A stretch of DNA of 64,000 nucleotides, from the NCBI GenBank assembly GCA_965249485.1, contig OZ252239.1, forward strand, positions 2,112,001 to 2,176,000, given 5' to 3'. A program made the position numbers and the translations under genes. The DNA is from a bacterium. GTDB lineage: Bacteria > SM23-31. This document shows, piece by piece, positions 9,667 through 21,348 of this stretch (its first letter is position 1; every line of letters begins with the position of its first letter). Under the pieces are notes generated by a model. The model was given only the letters and a program-made list of their open reading frames with translations. It had not been told where the DNA came from and ran no database searches.

Positions 9667-12648
9667 ATGAGTAAAGCCTTTACTGCAGGGTTAGTTTTTT
9701 TAATCCTTGTTCTCGCGTTACCCTCGTTTGCTCAGGAGCATTCAGGGACAATTACTGATGCGGAAACAGGCGATGCCCTGATCGGTGCAAATGTGCTGAT
9801 TTCTGGCAAATCAATCGGTGCTTCGACAGATGCTGACGGGCGGTTCTCGTTTCAGTATACTGACGATGAGGACTATACAATTGTCGTCAGTTTTGTTGGT
9901 TACAGGACCGCTGAACAGGAAATTTCCATGGGATCCAATACCACAGATCTGAATTTCGAACTGGCTACTGACCCGTTCGGAACAGATGAGATTGTCGTCA
10001 CCGGAATCGCTTCCCGCACATCAAAAGCGGTAGCAGAAGTGGCCGTTGCACGTGTTAATATGACTGAAATTGCTGACCGGCAGAGTTACACCTCATTATC
10101 ACAGATGATGCTGGGGAAGGTTTCCGGTGTGTCGTTGATTTCCGCAGACGGGCTTCTTGGTGCGCCGTTCCGGTTTCAGACAAGAAGCGGAGGTGGTCTG
10201 CACGGTTCTGCCCAGCCGATCATTGTCATCGACGGTGTCCGTACACAACAGGATCGTTTTGAGCCGTTTTCGGGAGAGTATAATCAATTGGCAAACATTA
10301 CCACGATCAACAACCTCAATGCAGAGGAAATAGAGTCTATCGAAATGCTCAAGGGTCCTGCCGGAGCGGCATCGTACGGGACCGATGGCGCCAATGGTGT
10401 TATTCTCATAACCACCAAGAAAGGCACGTTAGGTACGGGAACCGGCACCAGGAATTATACGATCAATTACAAAGCTACGCTCGGCTACAACGGTCAGGAA
10501 AGGCAGTATACTGAGAATGACGTTCGGTCTTATAATGAGCTTAATGATTTTTTCAGGAAGGGCACAATACAGAAAAATAATTTGAACATTTCCGGCGGAA
10601 CCGATCGCATGCGTTACTTCATTTCGTTTGACAAAGCCTTGAACAAAGCCCATATCCCGAGGAACTCCGAAGGCAGGACAAATTACCGGGTTAACATCGA
10701 TGCGTATCCAAACGATAAGATTGACGTCAATGTCGCTGCGGGTTACTTCACGGGTGTTAACGAGCTTAATGGAGGCAGTCAGTTTGCACAAGCCAGGAGG
10801 AGACGTAATCCCTTTGATGGTACTCGGCCTCGGGCTACTCCTGAATATTATGATATAACTCAAGAGCATTTATTTACGAATCAATTAACGGCCTCAGCAA
10901 ACGTTAATTATCGGCCGTTCCTGGATGGTAACGAGAACCTGAGAGGACTGTCGCTGCAGTTCACCGTTGGTATTAACGACCGGGATGACAGGAGTACATA
11001 TTTTCGACAGCCCAGTGAAAGATTTGAAGAACTTGGCGAACGGTCAAAAAATGTACAGAGCATAGTGAATACCACGTACACCGGGAATATGAGGTATGAT
11101 TATAATTTCTGGGGAATAACCTCATCGGCTAGTGCCGGAATGCAGCTCTATGATAACAAAAAGAATGCATTTAATGGTGTAAGCGAAGAATTTGTGACAG
11201 AACTCATCTCTACACTTGGAGCAGGAGATGTCAGAACAAGATTAGATGAAAGAGATTTCCACGAACGGAAAGCCGGTATTTTCACCGAACACAGCTTTTC
11301 CTATGAGAATACCTACTTCTGGTCTGCGATGCTCCGCAGGGATTACACCAGTTCGCTGAAAGTGGGACATGAATCGATTTACTATCCGCGGTTCAGCGCG
11401 TCAGTTCGTCTTGACCGGTTCGACGCAGTCCCGGATGCCTTCGGGTTGCTGAAATTTCGTGCCGCATATGGCGAAACGGGCATCCTTCCGGGACGTTCAG
11501 ATGCGATACCCCAGCTGTATGGATCGCAGCTTTCCCCGTATGGTGTTGGCGCAAGGCTTTCCGGTATCGGGAATTTAGATATTGAGCCAGAACGAGTCAA
11601 AGAAATTGAAGTGGGTATTGATGCCGAATATAATAACTTTTTGTCGGTTGATTTTACTTACTATTATTCGAAGTCAGACAATGCAATATTCGGTGTAGTT
11701 CAAACCCCGTCTTATGGAACCGGTGGCAGGAGATTCAATGCTAACATAGGCGAGATCAAAGGATTCGGAATTGAATCGCAGACCAGTTTATTTTTCAGCG
11801 GCCAGCGGTTAGGCGGCTGGTCTTTCAACCTTACCAATATTGTGAATTGGTCTGGAAACGAAGTGATTTCTATAGGCGACAGTAATCCTCTGATCGATCA
11901 CGGTACCTGGACAATATGGCCTGGCTACGAGAGAGGTTTTGCCCGTCCGTTCAAAGGTCAAGAGGCGATATTGACTAAAGATGATGCTCCGGAAACAAAT
12001 ACCCATGAGGCAGGCGAAGGGTATTACGCAGATTTCACAAAAGGTGATGATCGTGAGGATGTCGGTCATCAATTCCCGCCATGGACCGGTAGCTTCAGCT
12101 CCAGTATTTCTCTCGGTAATTTCTCCGCATATGGAATGTTTGAGTGGAAGTACAATTTCTGGCTCCTCAACGACACCCTTATTGATGATACGGGACCCCG
12201 CGAAGATGGTCTTGGCTCAAACATTCTGAAATTCGACGTAGTGCGTGAAAAACTGCAGATAGAAGAATTTGGTTTGGTCCCGGAAAATGAAGAATTGCAG
12301 CCAGGTACCCAGGAATATATTTCTCACGCGAACTGGTGGGCAAGATGGGGAGATCAAACTGATCAGAACAGCTTACGACGTTCAGACTTTTTGAAATTCA
12401 AGGAGCTTGCCATTTCTTACAAAGCGGACACATTGATACCGAAACTTGGATTGCAGAATTATATCAATGGCTTAACGTTCGGTTTTAACGCTACCAATCT
12501 CTGGATGCTGCACCACGACAGCTTTAATGGTCTGACCAGCGTTGAGACCGTTAGAGGCATACTCGAAAATATTCCTGATAATGTGAGCAGTCGCCAGGCA
12601 GTCCCGCCGATGAAATCAATCTCATTCTTTACCAGGATAACATTATAA
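9667..12648 (+). CDS. SusC/RagA-family TonB-dependent outer-membrane receptor
   Basis: Signal peptide; carboxypeptidase-regulatory-like N-domain (GDALIGANV, VSFVGY); plug IIVIDGV and IESIEMLKGPAGAASYGTDGANGVILITTKKG; LKFRAAYG; PERVKEIEVG. Confidence 0.93.
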   Translation: MSKAFTAGLVFLILVLALPSFAQEHSGTITDAETGDALIGANVLISGKSIGASTDADGRFSFQYTDDEDYTIVVSFVGYRTAEQEISMGSNTTDLNFELATDPFGTDEIVVTGIASRTSKAVAEVAVARVNMTEIADRQSYTSLSQMMLGKVSGVSLISADGLLGAPFRFQTRSGGGLHGSAQPIIVIDGVRTQQDRFEPFSGEYNQLANITTINNLNAEEIESIEMLKGPAGAASYGTDGANGVILITTKKGTLGTGTGTRNYTINYKATLGYNGQERQYTENDVRSYNELNDFFRKGTIQKNNLNISGGTDRMRYFISFDKALNKAHIPRNSEGRTNYRVNIDAYPNDKIDVNVAAGYFTGVNELNGGSQFAQARRRRNPFDGTRPRATPEYYDITQEHLFTNQLTASANVNYRPFLDGNENLRGLSLQFTVGINDRDDRSTYFRQPSERFEELGERSKNVQSIVNTTYTGNMRYDYNFWGITSSASAGMQLYDNKKNAFNGVSEEFVTELISTLGAGDVRTRLDERDFHERKAGIFTEHSFSYENTYFWSAMLRRDYTSSLKVGHESIYYPRFSASVRLDRFDAVPDAFGLLKFRAAYGETGILPGRSDAIPQLYGSQLSPYGVGARLSGIGNLDIEPERVKEIEVGIDAEYNNFLSVDFTYYYSKSDNAIFGVVQTPSYGTGGRRFNANIGEIKGFGIESQTSLFFSGQRLGGWSFNLTNIVNWSGNEVISIGDSNPLIDHGTWTIWPGYERGFARPFKGQEAILTKDDAPETNTHEAGEGYYADFTKGDDREDVGHQFPPWTGSFSSSISLGNFSAYGMFEWKYNFWLLNDTLIDDTGPREDGLGSNILKFDVVREKLQIEEFGLVPENEELQPGTQEYISHANWWARWGDQTDQNSLRRSDFLKFKELAISYKADTLIPKLGLQNYINGLTFGFNATNLWMLHHDSFNGLTSVETVRGILENIPDNVSSRQAVPPMKSISFFTRITL

Positions 12649-12682
12649 TCGATAAAGGACAAATTAAGAGGAATAAAATATT

Positions 12683-14425
12683 ATGAAAAAGATAATTACA
12701 CTACCACTGATCTTTATGATGCTTGCGGTGAGTTTCTCCTCGTGCAGTGAATTTGTCGAGGATGTGAATCCGCTTATTAGTCAGGTAGAGGATACGGCTC
12801 TCAACGATCCAGCTCAGGCAACGTTCCTGTTGCGGGGTTTAAAGTCAAATTTCTATAACTTCTGGAGGGAAGAGAGGCCCGGAACTGAAATACACGGTGA
12901 CACAGGCATTTGGGACAGTCGTACCAGCGATAGTGTTTTTACAGAGAGCTGGAACCAGACCACCGGATCATTTAACCCGCGCGCATATAATGGCAAATTT
13001 GAAAGGCCCCATGTAATACGCTTCCAGGCGCAAGAGTTGCTCCGGCGGTTACCGCTCATGTTAGCAAAAGGGTCAGTTGACGCACAGCTGCAGGAGGATA
13101 TGCAATGGTGGGCTAATTTCCTTTTAGGATATTCCCACCATGTTTTGGCCACATGGCACGGCCTCACTGCGGCAGGGACAATGGCTGGTAATGTTATTTC
13201 CCCGGACCCGACTACCGGTGATGAGTACGGCTCATTTCTATCGTACAACGCTGTTCTTGGTATGGCTATTGAATTTTACAAGGCAGCATTACAGTATTCA
13301 CCCTCCGCTGCTGATGGAATTGCCGATGCAGCTCATGCTGATAAGGTCGTGAATTCATTTATAGCACGGGCGTATCTTGATAATCATGCCGACGGATATG
13401 GCGGTGCAAGTGAAGGACATGATTCCGCTGATGCCAAGGCTGCTGCCGCGATGGGTTTGCAGATGGGTGATCCTCCCTTTGTGTTAACACTAGGTGAGGG
13501 ATTTACAAATCGAATGTGGGATGACATGGGGAGAGGTACCAGCGGCGGCACATCTATCTCTGCCCGGTTCGCACGATATATACTGGCTGATCGGAAAGAG
13601 GGAGAGATCGTCAATCAACTTAGATCTTCTGATAATCCTGCAGCAACGGCTTTTTATACGGCAGCCAATGTTTTTAATCATCCAGGATCTGTTGGGGTAA
13701 ATCATGAAGACTTCCCCGTCTTTGATCTTTCCAAAGGTTTCTCATTATCATATTTTCCCGGATCGGGAACGAGCAATGTATTTGGCGATCCGGTCGTGGG
13801 TAAATTTGAAGGAGAATCTGTTGTTACGCGCGGGCACTTTAATGCTGCAGACCCGCGGGAAGGAGAGGCGGAACGATTAGGACTGGCCGAAGGTCAGACT
13901 GCACGTATTCAGCTTATAGAGCGAACGATCGGAGAAGCTCAACTCAAACAATACAAGGATACGGGTGAATGGATATATGCACCTACCATTCAGATGCATC
14001 CTAACGATCTGCCAACTGTCTTTTCGCAAGACAGATATAACCAAAAGGAACAAGATCTCGTATTGATAGATTGGCAGGAAATGAATCTGATACAAGCTGA
14101 GGTTGCCATTGCCTTGGACGATCTGCAAGCAGCAGCGGATTTCATTAACGAAAACCGTGTCGATGGCCATGGCCTGGATCCTATTAGTGTTGCAGACATG
14201 GAGACATATAACCGCCCATGGGGAGGTGCATATGATATTACCGGACCCATCGGTTTCCTCATTGAAGAGCGGGACAAAGAGTTGATGTTGAGATCGACCC
14301 GGCTGTATGATCAATTCAGATTTGGTATCTTCCACTTGCCGCTTGGAGATGACTGGGTCTATTTTCCCATAGGACAAGAGGAGATAGATGGTAATCCGAA
14401 CATTAAACAAACTGATGTCCAATAA
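12683..14425 (+). CDS. SusD/RagB-like surface lipoprotein
   Basis: Lipobox SFSSC; directly follows susC; C-terminal EMNLIQAE, EERDKEL..RLYD..RF and FPIGQEEIDGNPN motifs. Confidence 0.85.
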   Translation: MKKIITLPLIFMMLAVSFSSCSEFVEDVNPLISQVEDTALNDPAQATFLLRGLKSNFYNFWREERPGTEIHGDTGIWDSRTSDSVFTESWNQTTGSFNPRAYNGKFERPHVIRFQAQELLRRLPLMLAKGSVDAQLQEDMQWWANFLLGYSHHVLATWHGLTAAGTMAGNVISPDPTTGDEYGSFLSYNAVLGMAIEFYKAALQYSPSAADGIADAAHADKVVNSFIARAYLDNHADGYGGASEGHDSADAKAAAAMGLQMGDPPFVLTLGEGFTNRMWDDMGRGTSGGTSISARFARYILADRKEGEIVNQLRSSDNPAATAFYTAANVFNHPGSVGVNHEDFPVFDLSKGFSLSYFPGSGTSNVFGDPVVGKFEGESVVTRGHFNAADPREGEAERLGLAEGQTARIQLIERTIGEAQLKQYKDTGEWIYAPTIQMHPNDLPTVFSQDRYNQKEQDLVLIDWQEMNLIQAEVAIALDDLQAAADFINENRVDGHGLDPISVADMETYNRPWGGAYDITGPIGFLIEERDKELMLRSTRLYDQFRFGIFHLPLGDDWVYFPIGQEEIDGNPNIKQTDVQ

Positions 14426-14514
14426 GGATTATAATCTTACCATAATCTGACCATGGGAAGATCATAATCCAAACCGGCGATTTTAAAAGCTGGAGTTTTA
14501 AAAAATGATCTACT

Positions 14515-14548
14515 AAAGATGCTCCGCCATTTGCGACGGAGCATCTTT
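14515..14548 (+). terminator. Rho-independent terminator-like hairpin after susD
   Basis: AAAGATGCTCCG-N10-CGGAGCATCTTT inverted repeat. Confidence 0.75.
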
Positions 14549-14601
14549 GGTTTGGTGATTAAATGTAAACTAAAACACTATAGATATTTAACCAAATTAA
14601 T

Positions 14602-14830
14602 ATGGATTTCAGAATGCAAAGCAGGCTTTGTTTACGTATGGTGGTTTTTTTGCATACCCCTTGTCATGTGCAGGAACAACAGATTGGAAAAGAACTCAAT
14701 AAAGAGGCTTCAAATCTTTTCCGGCACGCGGGGTAATTTCTCGGAAGCGGTAGCTAGTGGCTGATAGTGCTTTGGAAATGGCAGAAAAATCATGTGAACC
14801 GAACCATCCCAATGGAGCGACAACTGGAAG
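14602..14830 (+). pseudogene. Degraded tetratricopeptide-repeat (kinesin-light-chain-like) gene remnant
   Basis: Joining frames gives KELNKEASNLFRH.GNFSEAVA.VADSALEMAEKSCEPNHPNGATT, a TPR_10/12-like pattern broken by stops. Confidence 0.45.
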
Positions 14831-15195
14831 AACGGGCAAAATGATCTATAGAATAAGAAATGTAACTGTTCTGTTCAAAAAATGGAATATATTAAACGGT
14901 AAAGGATATATAAAATAAACGACCTTTATGAGATTATGAGATTTTTCGAAACAACAAGGAGAGGTTGTCTCAAGTTTGAAAATTTGCCACACGAACAGTC
15001 CAGAACTCGAAAATACCAAGCAATCTTTTAAACCGCAATTATATCCTGAAAACAAATGTAAATAAAACTATTGTAAAAGCGAAATAAATATCTTAATGTC
15101 TGTTATATTATGTACAGTATGTTCTGACGACATTTACCCTGTCAGACCGTATCATACTGTCAGTATTAACTGAAACATAATAAAAAATCACTGCC

Positions 15196-15660
15196 ATGAA
15201 AAAATTAATTAATATTTTATTACTTGTTGCTGTTACAGTATCACTGTCTTGCGGTGAGGATGAAAAAAGCTCACTAACGTCGCCTTCGTACAACAATCCT
15301 GACAGGCCGTCGGTTAATAAAGATTTACTTGTTGGTTCCTGGCAATTAGGTTCATTGAAGACTATATTAAATGATGGTTCCATAATTGAAGAAGTACTCA
15401 CTTTTGGGCAGACTCTTGATTTTAACGCCGACTTAACATTCGATATCAAAAATCAAGGCGAGGGCATCCAAGTTGAACAAAAAGAAGGACAATGGTCATC
15501 AACATCCACTAAGATGCAGCTCATTTTCGTAGAAAACAATAAAATTTTCAAGATAGAGGATCACGAATATACTGTCACGGAGTCGTTTCTTAAGTTGACA
15601 TTAGTCAGTGATCCCCGTGCAGACGGATCTTTGCCGATTCTTACATATACTAGAAAATAG
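15196..15660 (+). CDS. Lipocalin-like domain lipoprotein, paralog of 3015-3470
   Basis: Lipobox SLSCG; SVNKDLLVGSW versus SVNKELIVGSW; QTL.FN.DLTFD and WSST shared. Confidence 0.7.
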   Translation: MKKLINILLLVAVTVSLSCGEDEKSSLTSPSYNNPDRPSVNKDLLVGSWQLGSLKTILNDGSIIEEVLTFGQTLDFNADLTFDIKNQGEGIQVEQKEGQWSSTSTKMQLIFVENNKIFKIEDHEYTVTESFLKLTLVSDPRADGSLPILTYTRK

Positions 15661-16301
15661 CATTACATCATCAGGTGTTTCTTCGCAATTTTTCTCCAAC
15701 CACAATACTGTTTTTGTATATCGGTTGTAATAATAGTATTCAATCGTGGTTCGTAATGTTTGTAAACAATTAATTGAACACATTGAAACCGGGCAAACGT
15801 TCCGATATTGCCGCTAAATTGTTAGAGAAAAATTAGTAGAAATACAATTTAAAAAGCTCGATTAATATATAATAATTCTCGTATAGTTACTAGTTTATTA
15901 CAAGCATCTTTTCTTACATCACTCCAATATGCAGCATATCAAATACATATATACATTATAGGGATTCAGAATAATTTGGATAGATTTAAATCAATTAAAT
16001 TACCATCCATGTCAATCTCCTTATTCACGCGCCGCTAAACGTTAATCAGTCTACCACGTAACACACACCATTATTTTTCATTTCAACAGACATTTCACTA
16101 TTCAAGACAGAATTTAAGAAAATTAGACAAGATTAAACCCTCAACGGCCTAAAATATTAGTCTTGATAAAATCTAAACGGATGCGTATGCATGTTTAATA
16201 GTTAATGTAGTTTATTATACAAAAAAGAGGAGCGGAAATCACTTGTAAAAGTAAAATGCTTAGCGTAATATTTATTAACAAGAATCAATAGGAGGCAATA
16301 A

Positions 16302-17698
16302 ATGATATCTCGAGTAATGATAGTTTTAATATTTGTGCTGTTCACGGTACCAATTGCCACAGCACAACCAGGTGTACATACTGCAAAAACCGGCTCTGAA
16401 GTTCTCCGTCCAATACGGAACGAAAAACTTGACCTTATTCTGCCGGGAGCAATGCGCGATAATAATGTGGACATGTGGATTCATGTCACTCGTGCCGGAG
16501 ATCAAGATCCAATGTTTCGGGAATTTGGGTCGACCTCCGGTTATATGATATTTACCGACCTGGGAGACAGGATCGAGCGCGCTTCGTTTAGCGGTGGTTT
16601 TGGCGGTGTCGGAGCTTTAGATTTTGACATATATGGCTCTCGTGAACTTTCGCGAGCAATTACCGGTTATGATTATAACACTCAGGAATTTTCAGTCTAC
16701 GACGAAATAACTCAATTTGTTGCGGAGCGTGACCCGAAAACGATTGCAGTAAATTTTTCCGACTGGCTCGCTATTGCGGACGGAATATCATATACGCAAT
16801 ATCTGAAACTGGAAAAGATTTTAGGGCCGAAATATTCGGAGAGGATTATCTCTGCAGAAAAGGTTATCACCGATTTTCGGTCAAGACGGATTCTCAGGGA
16901 GGTTACTCTCATGACGAATGCGCTTGAGATACATCGTCAGATTCTTGAACGTTCCTTATCGAATGAAGTTATAACGCCTGGTGTAACGACATTGGAAGAT
17001 GTAGGCTGGTGGGTTAAAGAAGAATTCTTCAAGAGCGGGGTTTAACAGAAGGATTCAGTACTGGGGCAGGTACTCCGGTTGTTCTTTATTCCGCCGTTTC
17101 AGATCAACCAGAGACACGTGGCCTTCCATCAAGTCGGGGCAATTTTTCGTCATCAAACTCCCCTCAATATGTATTGCAGCGTGGAGATTTTTTGCAGTTT
17201 GATAATGGAGTACGATATCTTGACTACTTTTCAACAGATTATAAGCGTAATGCCTATATTATGAGGGAAGGGGAAACAAGTGTCCCAAAGAGTTTGCAAC
17301 ATGCTTCTGGTCGTGCAATAGAAGCCCGAAAGATTATTAGGAAACAAATTAAAGCAGGCATAACCGCCGGAGAAACATTGAATACTATCAATGCAGCCTT
17401 GAAAAAGGTACTTGCTGATACTGATAAATCAGGATTTTTTGCTGATCTTCATAGCCAAGGTAATCATGGGGGAACTTTAGTGACGGTTGGACCTTCGATT
17501 TCAGCATTTCGGTCAGACCGGGATCACTTGCCGATTCAAAAAAATCATCTTTTTTCACTTGAATATGTGGTCAGTACGAACCTTCCTGAAAGACCCGGTT
17601 ATCCGATTGTCATCAACATAGAAGGTAATCACGTTGTATCCAGTCGGGGAGTTGAATTTCTTCATCCACCGAATGAGAAAATTTTACTGATCCATTGA
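16302..17698 (+). pseudogene. Secreted M24 (Xaa-Pro peptidase-like) metallopeptidase split by one frameshift
   Basis: ORFs 16302-17045 and 17174-17698 join if one base is restored at the G4 run 17037-17040; D-D-H-E-E ligands present (FDNG, TDYK, HSQG, SLEY, IEGN). Could be a sequencing indel. Confidence 0.75.
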
Positions 17699-18061
17699 GC
17701 CTTGATCTGCTAATGAGAAGAATTGGTTACATCATTGCTTGAGCAGTGTATGCTTCAGTCGATCTTATAAATTTTTCAAATCTATCGAAATTCTGAAAAT
17801 GGGAGCTTTCTTTTAAGCTTTTTAAGGCTGATTTATAAGAGTCAGTCTTTTAAATTGAAAACACGTCAATAATCTATCAATTAAATTCAAAAAGAGTTCG
17901 CATATCATTCAGCCTGTGGAGTAGAAAACGCTTGTGTTAGTATACTACATTCTTTACTGTTCGCACAACGTGTCCAACTTGTTCTTACGACCTACTTCCC
18001 AAGGGAATAAAATGTACACTGTCGAATTATACACCACTATCATACAACGGAGGAGAATCGT

Positions 18062-19330
18062 ATGAATCTCCTCACAAAATTTAGAGAAGCATTGACAAAG
18101 GTAAGGAAAGTAACATTTAATCCCGAACGAAGAAGGTTCGGCAAAATAGCCGCAGCCGGCATAATAAGTGCAAATGTTTTGTCATCGGGTATAGGATGCA
18201 GCGCAGGCTCTCGAAACAGTGCAGATACAGGTAGTAGCATAGCAGGTGATCGAGAAAACACTTCAAATGTAAAGCTTTCAGCGATGAGCCAGCGGGTGTG
18301 GTCAAGTATTGAGGGAGGACCACGGTACGAACAGAGTGAAGATTATTTTACATGGATGAAGCAAATTGGGCTGCATTACTTGGTTATAGATTCCTACTCA
18401 GGCGTATCAAATGCAACTGATTATGAAAGTCTATTGAAAATACGACAGCAAGTTGAAGCCGCCGGACTGAAAGCAGCAAATGTTGGCATAAATAGCGGTG
18501 ATTCATCGATATTACTGAATCTTCCGGATCGTGATGAAAAAGTCGAGGAGAGCAAAACGTTCATTCGTAATGTGGGCAAAGCCGGTTATGATACCGTTTG
18601 GACCCATTATGTTGGAACCGGTATCTGGAGATCGGAGAGAGAGGATTTTCGCTTTGCAAGCGGAAGTGCATTTGATTATGAGAAAGTCAAGAGGGATGGA
18701 TATAAAAGGAGAAACGGTGAAACGTGGTATCCGGATCGCCCCGTTCACGGCCGTGTGTATACCGAACAGGAGGTATGGGATAATTGGACTTATTTTATAA
18801 AAGCAATTGTACCGGTGCTTGAAGAAACAGGAGTAAGGTTTGGCATTCATCCTGATGATCCTACCGGATATCGCGAACTTGGCGGTGTTCCACGCATATT
18901 CAGCACATTTGATGATAATGTACGGGCATTTGAAATTGCCGACAGCCCAAACGTGGGAATGTATTTGGGTGTGGGATCCTACATTGAGGGTGGTAAAGAG
19001 ACAGGCAAAGATGTCCTGGGTGTCATACGTTATTTTGGCGAACGGAACAAGATCTTTAAAGTTGACTTTCGCAATGTATCGGGTCCAATACCTCATTTTA
19101 TTGAAACCTTTCCTGACAACGGTTATGTGGATATGTATAAAGTCATGAGAGCGCTGGTAGAGGTCAATAATCATTGTGTGGTGTGCGACGATCATGCTCC
19201 TCAAGTGATAGGCGGTCGCATAGTCGCCGATTCCTATTCATACGGCTATATGAGAGCGCTGTTGGAACGTGCATGCGATGAGGTCAAAGAAGGTGATCGG
19301 CTCCAGTGGCCTGACACATATGCACTTTAA
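18062..19330 (+). CDS. UxuA-family protein with Tat-like signal, copy 2
   Basis: Same length (422 aa) and near-identical to 3961-5229; GGAGGAG SD. Confidence 0.8.
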   Translation: MNLLTKFREALTKVRKVTFNPERRRFGKIAAAGIISANVLSSGIGCSAGSRNSADTGSSIAGDRENTSNVKLSAMSQRVWSSIEGGPRYEQSEDYFTWMKQIGLHYLVIDSYSGVSNATDYESLLKIRQQVEAAGLKAANVGINSGDSSILLNLPDRDEKVEESKTFIRNVGKAGYDTVWTHYVGTGIWRSEREDFRFASGSAFDYEKVKRDGYKRRNGETWYPDRPVHGRVYTEQEVWDNWTYFIKAIVPVLEETGVRFGIHPDDPTGYRELGGVPRIFSTFDDNVRAFEIADSPNVGMYLGVGSYIEGGKETGKDVLGVIRYFGERNKIFKVDFRNVSGPIPHFIETFPDNGYVDMYKVMRALVEVNNHCVVCDDHAPQVIGGRIVADSYSYGYMRALLERACDEVKEGDRLQWPDTYAL

Positions 19331-19596
19331 AATCCGTTTTTATCCTGAATTTCGGAGAGCTTTTGTTTCCGTAATAATATAAAAAAAGTGCTCATATTAC
19401 TTTAGCTTGTGAGGAATTGATTTCTGCCTGTGGAGCACAAAATATTTGTAGAAGCAAATCGCACACTTAACGGTTGCTATTGAAGTGCCTTAAAAGTTTT
19501 GATGAAGCACATCATTTTTCATACACAATCCCTAATTATTGTAGTTAAAATTATTGATACGAGGAATATCGGATCATTAGTAAAGGATATATAACT

Positions 19597-20938
19597 ATGA
19601 ATAAAACACGGATTCTCCTTAAAGTATTATTTATTTTTTTGTTTGCTCAGGGGGCTTCTTGCACAGACCTTGGAAAAAGATAAAATGCTCAATTTGTTGG
19701 ATCTGATCCGTAAAGAGAAGTTTGACCATGCTCTACCGCAAGCCATGCGAGACAATAACATCGATATGTGGATACATGTGATGGGGACAAAAAATGCCGA
19801 AGAGGGTAACCTCGATCCCCTCAGGTTAAACTTTGGCAGCAATACAGGCATATTTATTTTTACCGACAGGGGTGGTGACGGAATAGAACGGACTGTTTTA
19901 GGCCGTGCTTCTTACACAGCTCTCAACAGTAAGGCATACGACATTTATGGTCCTGAGAGTGATTTGAATCTATTTGTCTCTGAACGTGATCCCAAACGCA
20001 TCGGTGTAAACTTCTCGGAAACGATTGCCATAGCAGACGGGATTTCATATACGGACTACCTCAAGCTGGTCAATATGTTAGGTGAAAAGTATGCTGAGAG
20101 AATTGTTTCAGTTGAGGACCTTATAACCGATTTTCGCTCAAGAAGGGTAATGAGTGAAATCGTCTTTTTCGGGGAGCTGTGCAAAGAAACCGTTGAGGCG
20201 GTTAATAAAGCATTTGACCTTGTTGAGCCGGGTGCAACCACTTTGAAGGATGTTTCCCGGTGGCTGGCAAACTATCGCCTGGCCAAAGGATTTGATTCTA
20301 TGATCCAATTTTTACTGCCTGGTGTATTTCTCCAAACACCGGATGGAGATTTAATTGTTGAAAAAGATGATGATGATTACGTTATCCAGCGAGGGGACCT
20401 TATTTTTATTGATTTTGGCACAACGCATATGAACTACAGAATAGATTTAAAACGGCCTGCATATATCCTTCGAGATGGAGAGGATGCCGTACCTCCGGAA
20501 ATTCAAAAAACTTTCGATAAAGCATTAATAGCCCGTGATATATTCCGCAAGAACATCAAAGTAGGTCTTACAGGAAAAGAAACATTTGAAATTCTAAAAA
20601 ACAAAATAGAAGAAGCCGGGTATTTATACACAAACATGGAAAGATATGACACAACAGCTGATCCTGAAAAAACTCAGATTAATTTCGGTTTTCATTCTTT
20701 AGGTAACAGTTGGCCGGCTGATGGTGGCGGTCTCGATATTTCTCAGCGTTCACAAAGAGTTCATGTGAAGATACCACTTAATCACCTTTTTGTCATTGAA
20801 TTCAGGATATATGATCCGGTACCGGAATGGGGTAAGGGACAAAACATTCTTATGGCAATGGAGGACGGTGTGACTGTTAATGAACGCGGGGTAGAGTTTC
20901 TCTATCCGCCCATGAAACAAATTCGACTAATTCGGTAA
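19597..20938 (+). CDS. Secreted M24-family metallopeptidase with a 1-bp frameshift in the signal peptide
   Basis: ATG 19597 after AAAGGA gives MNKTRILLKVLFIFLFAQG; removing one G from the G5 run 19650-19654 joins it to ORF 19643-20938; IDFG, IDLK, HSLG, VIEF, MED ligands. Confidence 0.75.
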
Positions 20939-21348
20939 TTGGTTCGCTAATCGTACTGCCTGTGGCGTATCAAATCATATGATCTTAATTTGATGATTTA
21001 ATTACAATAAGAGTTAACGACGTACTATTCAATTCAGAAAGGATTGCACCACCGCTACAATCCTCCAATAAAATTTCTAGAAATTGTAATTAATGATAGT
21101 ATTGAGTTTTTAATCGTTACCCTTTCCCTCATTCGCTACTCAACCTTTAACATTTATCCAATTTATAATTAAATGTTAGCAGGCAGAGCTACAGATTTCA
21201 ATTATTCTGCTTTTTTAATGAAACTTATCAATCTATCCGGTTGTTCTTTCTTTTATCAAATTCTTTCAGACAAATTCGATTTATTGAGTTACGTGTGTTT
21301 AGTAAGATTCTCTTTCTTAACTAAAGATATTAAATTAAAGGTATACTT

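Noticed and set aside
8374..10719. Diversity-generating retroelement template/variable repeat pair
   Set aside because: Only 7 of 16 mismatches fall at adenines of the putative template, the target is not C-terminal, and no reverse transcriptase is present in the window
17031..17045. Programmed -1 frameshift or phase variation in the M24 gene
   Set aside because: Zero-frame codons GGG GTT TAA do not form an X XXY YYZ heptamer, and G4 is too short for a typical phase-variable tract; a simple indel is likelier
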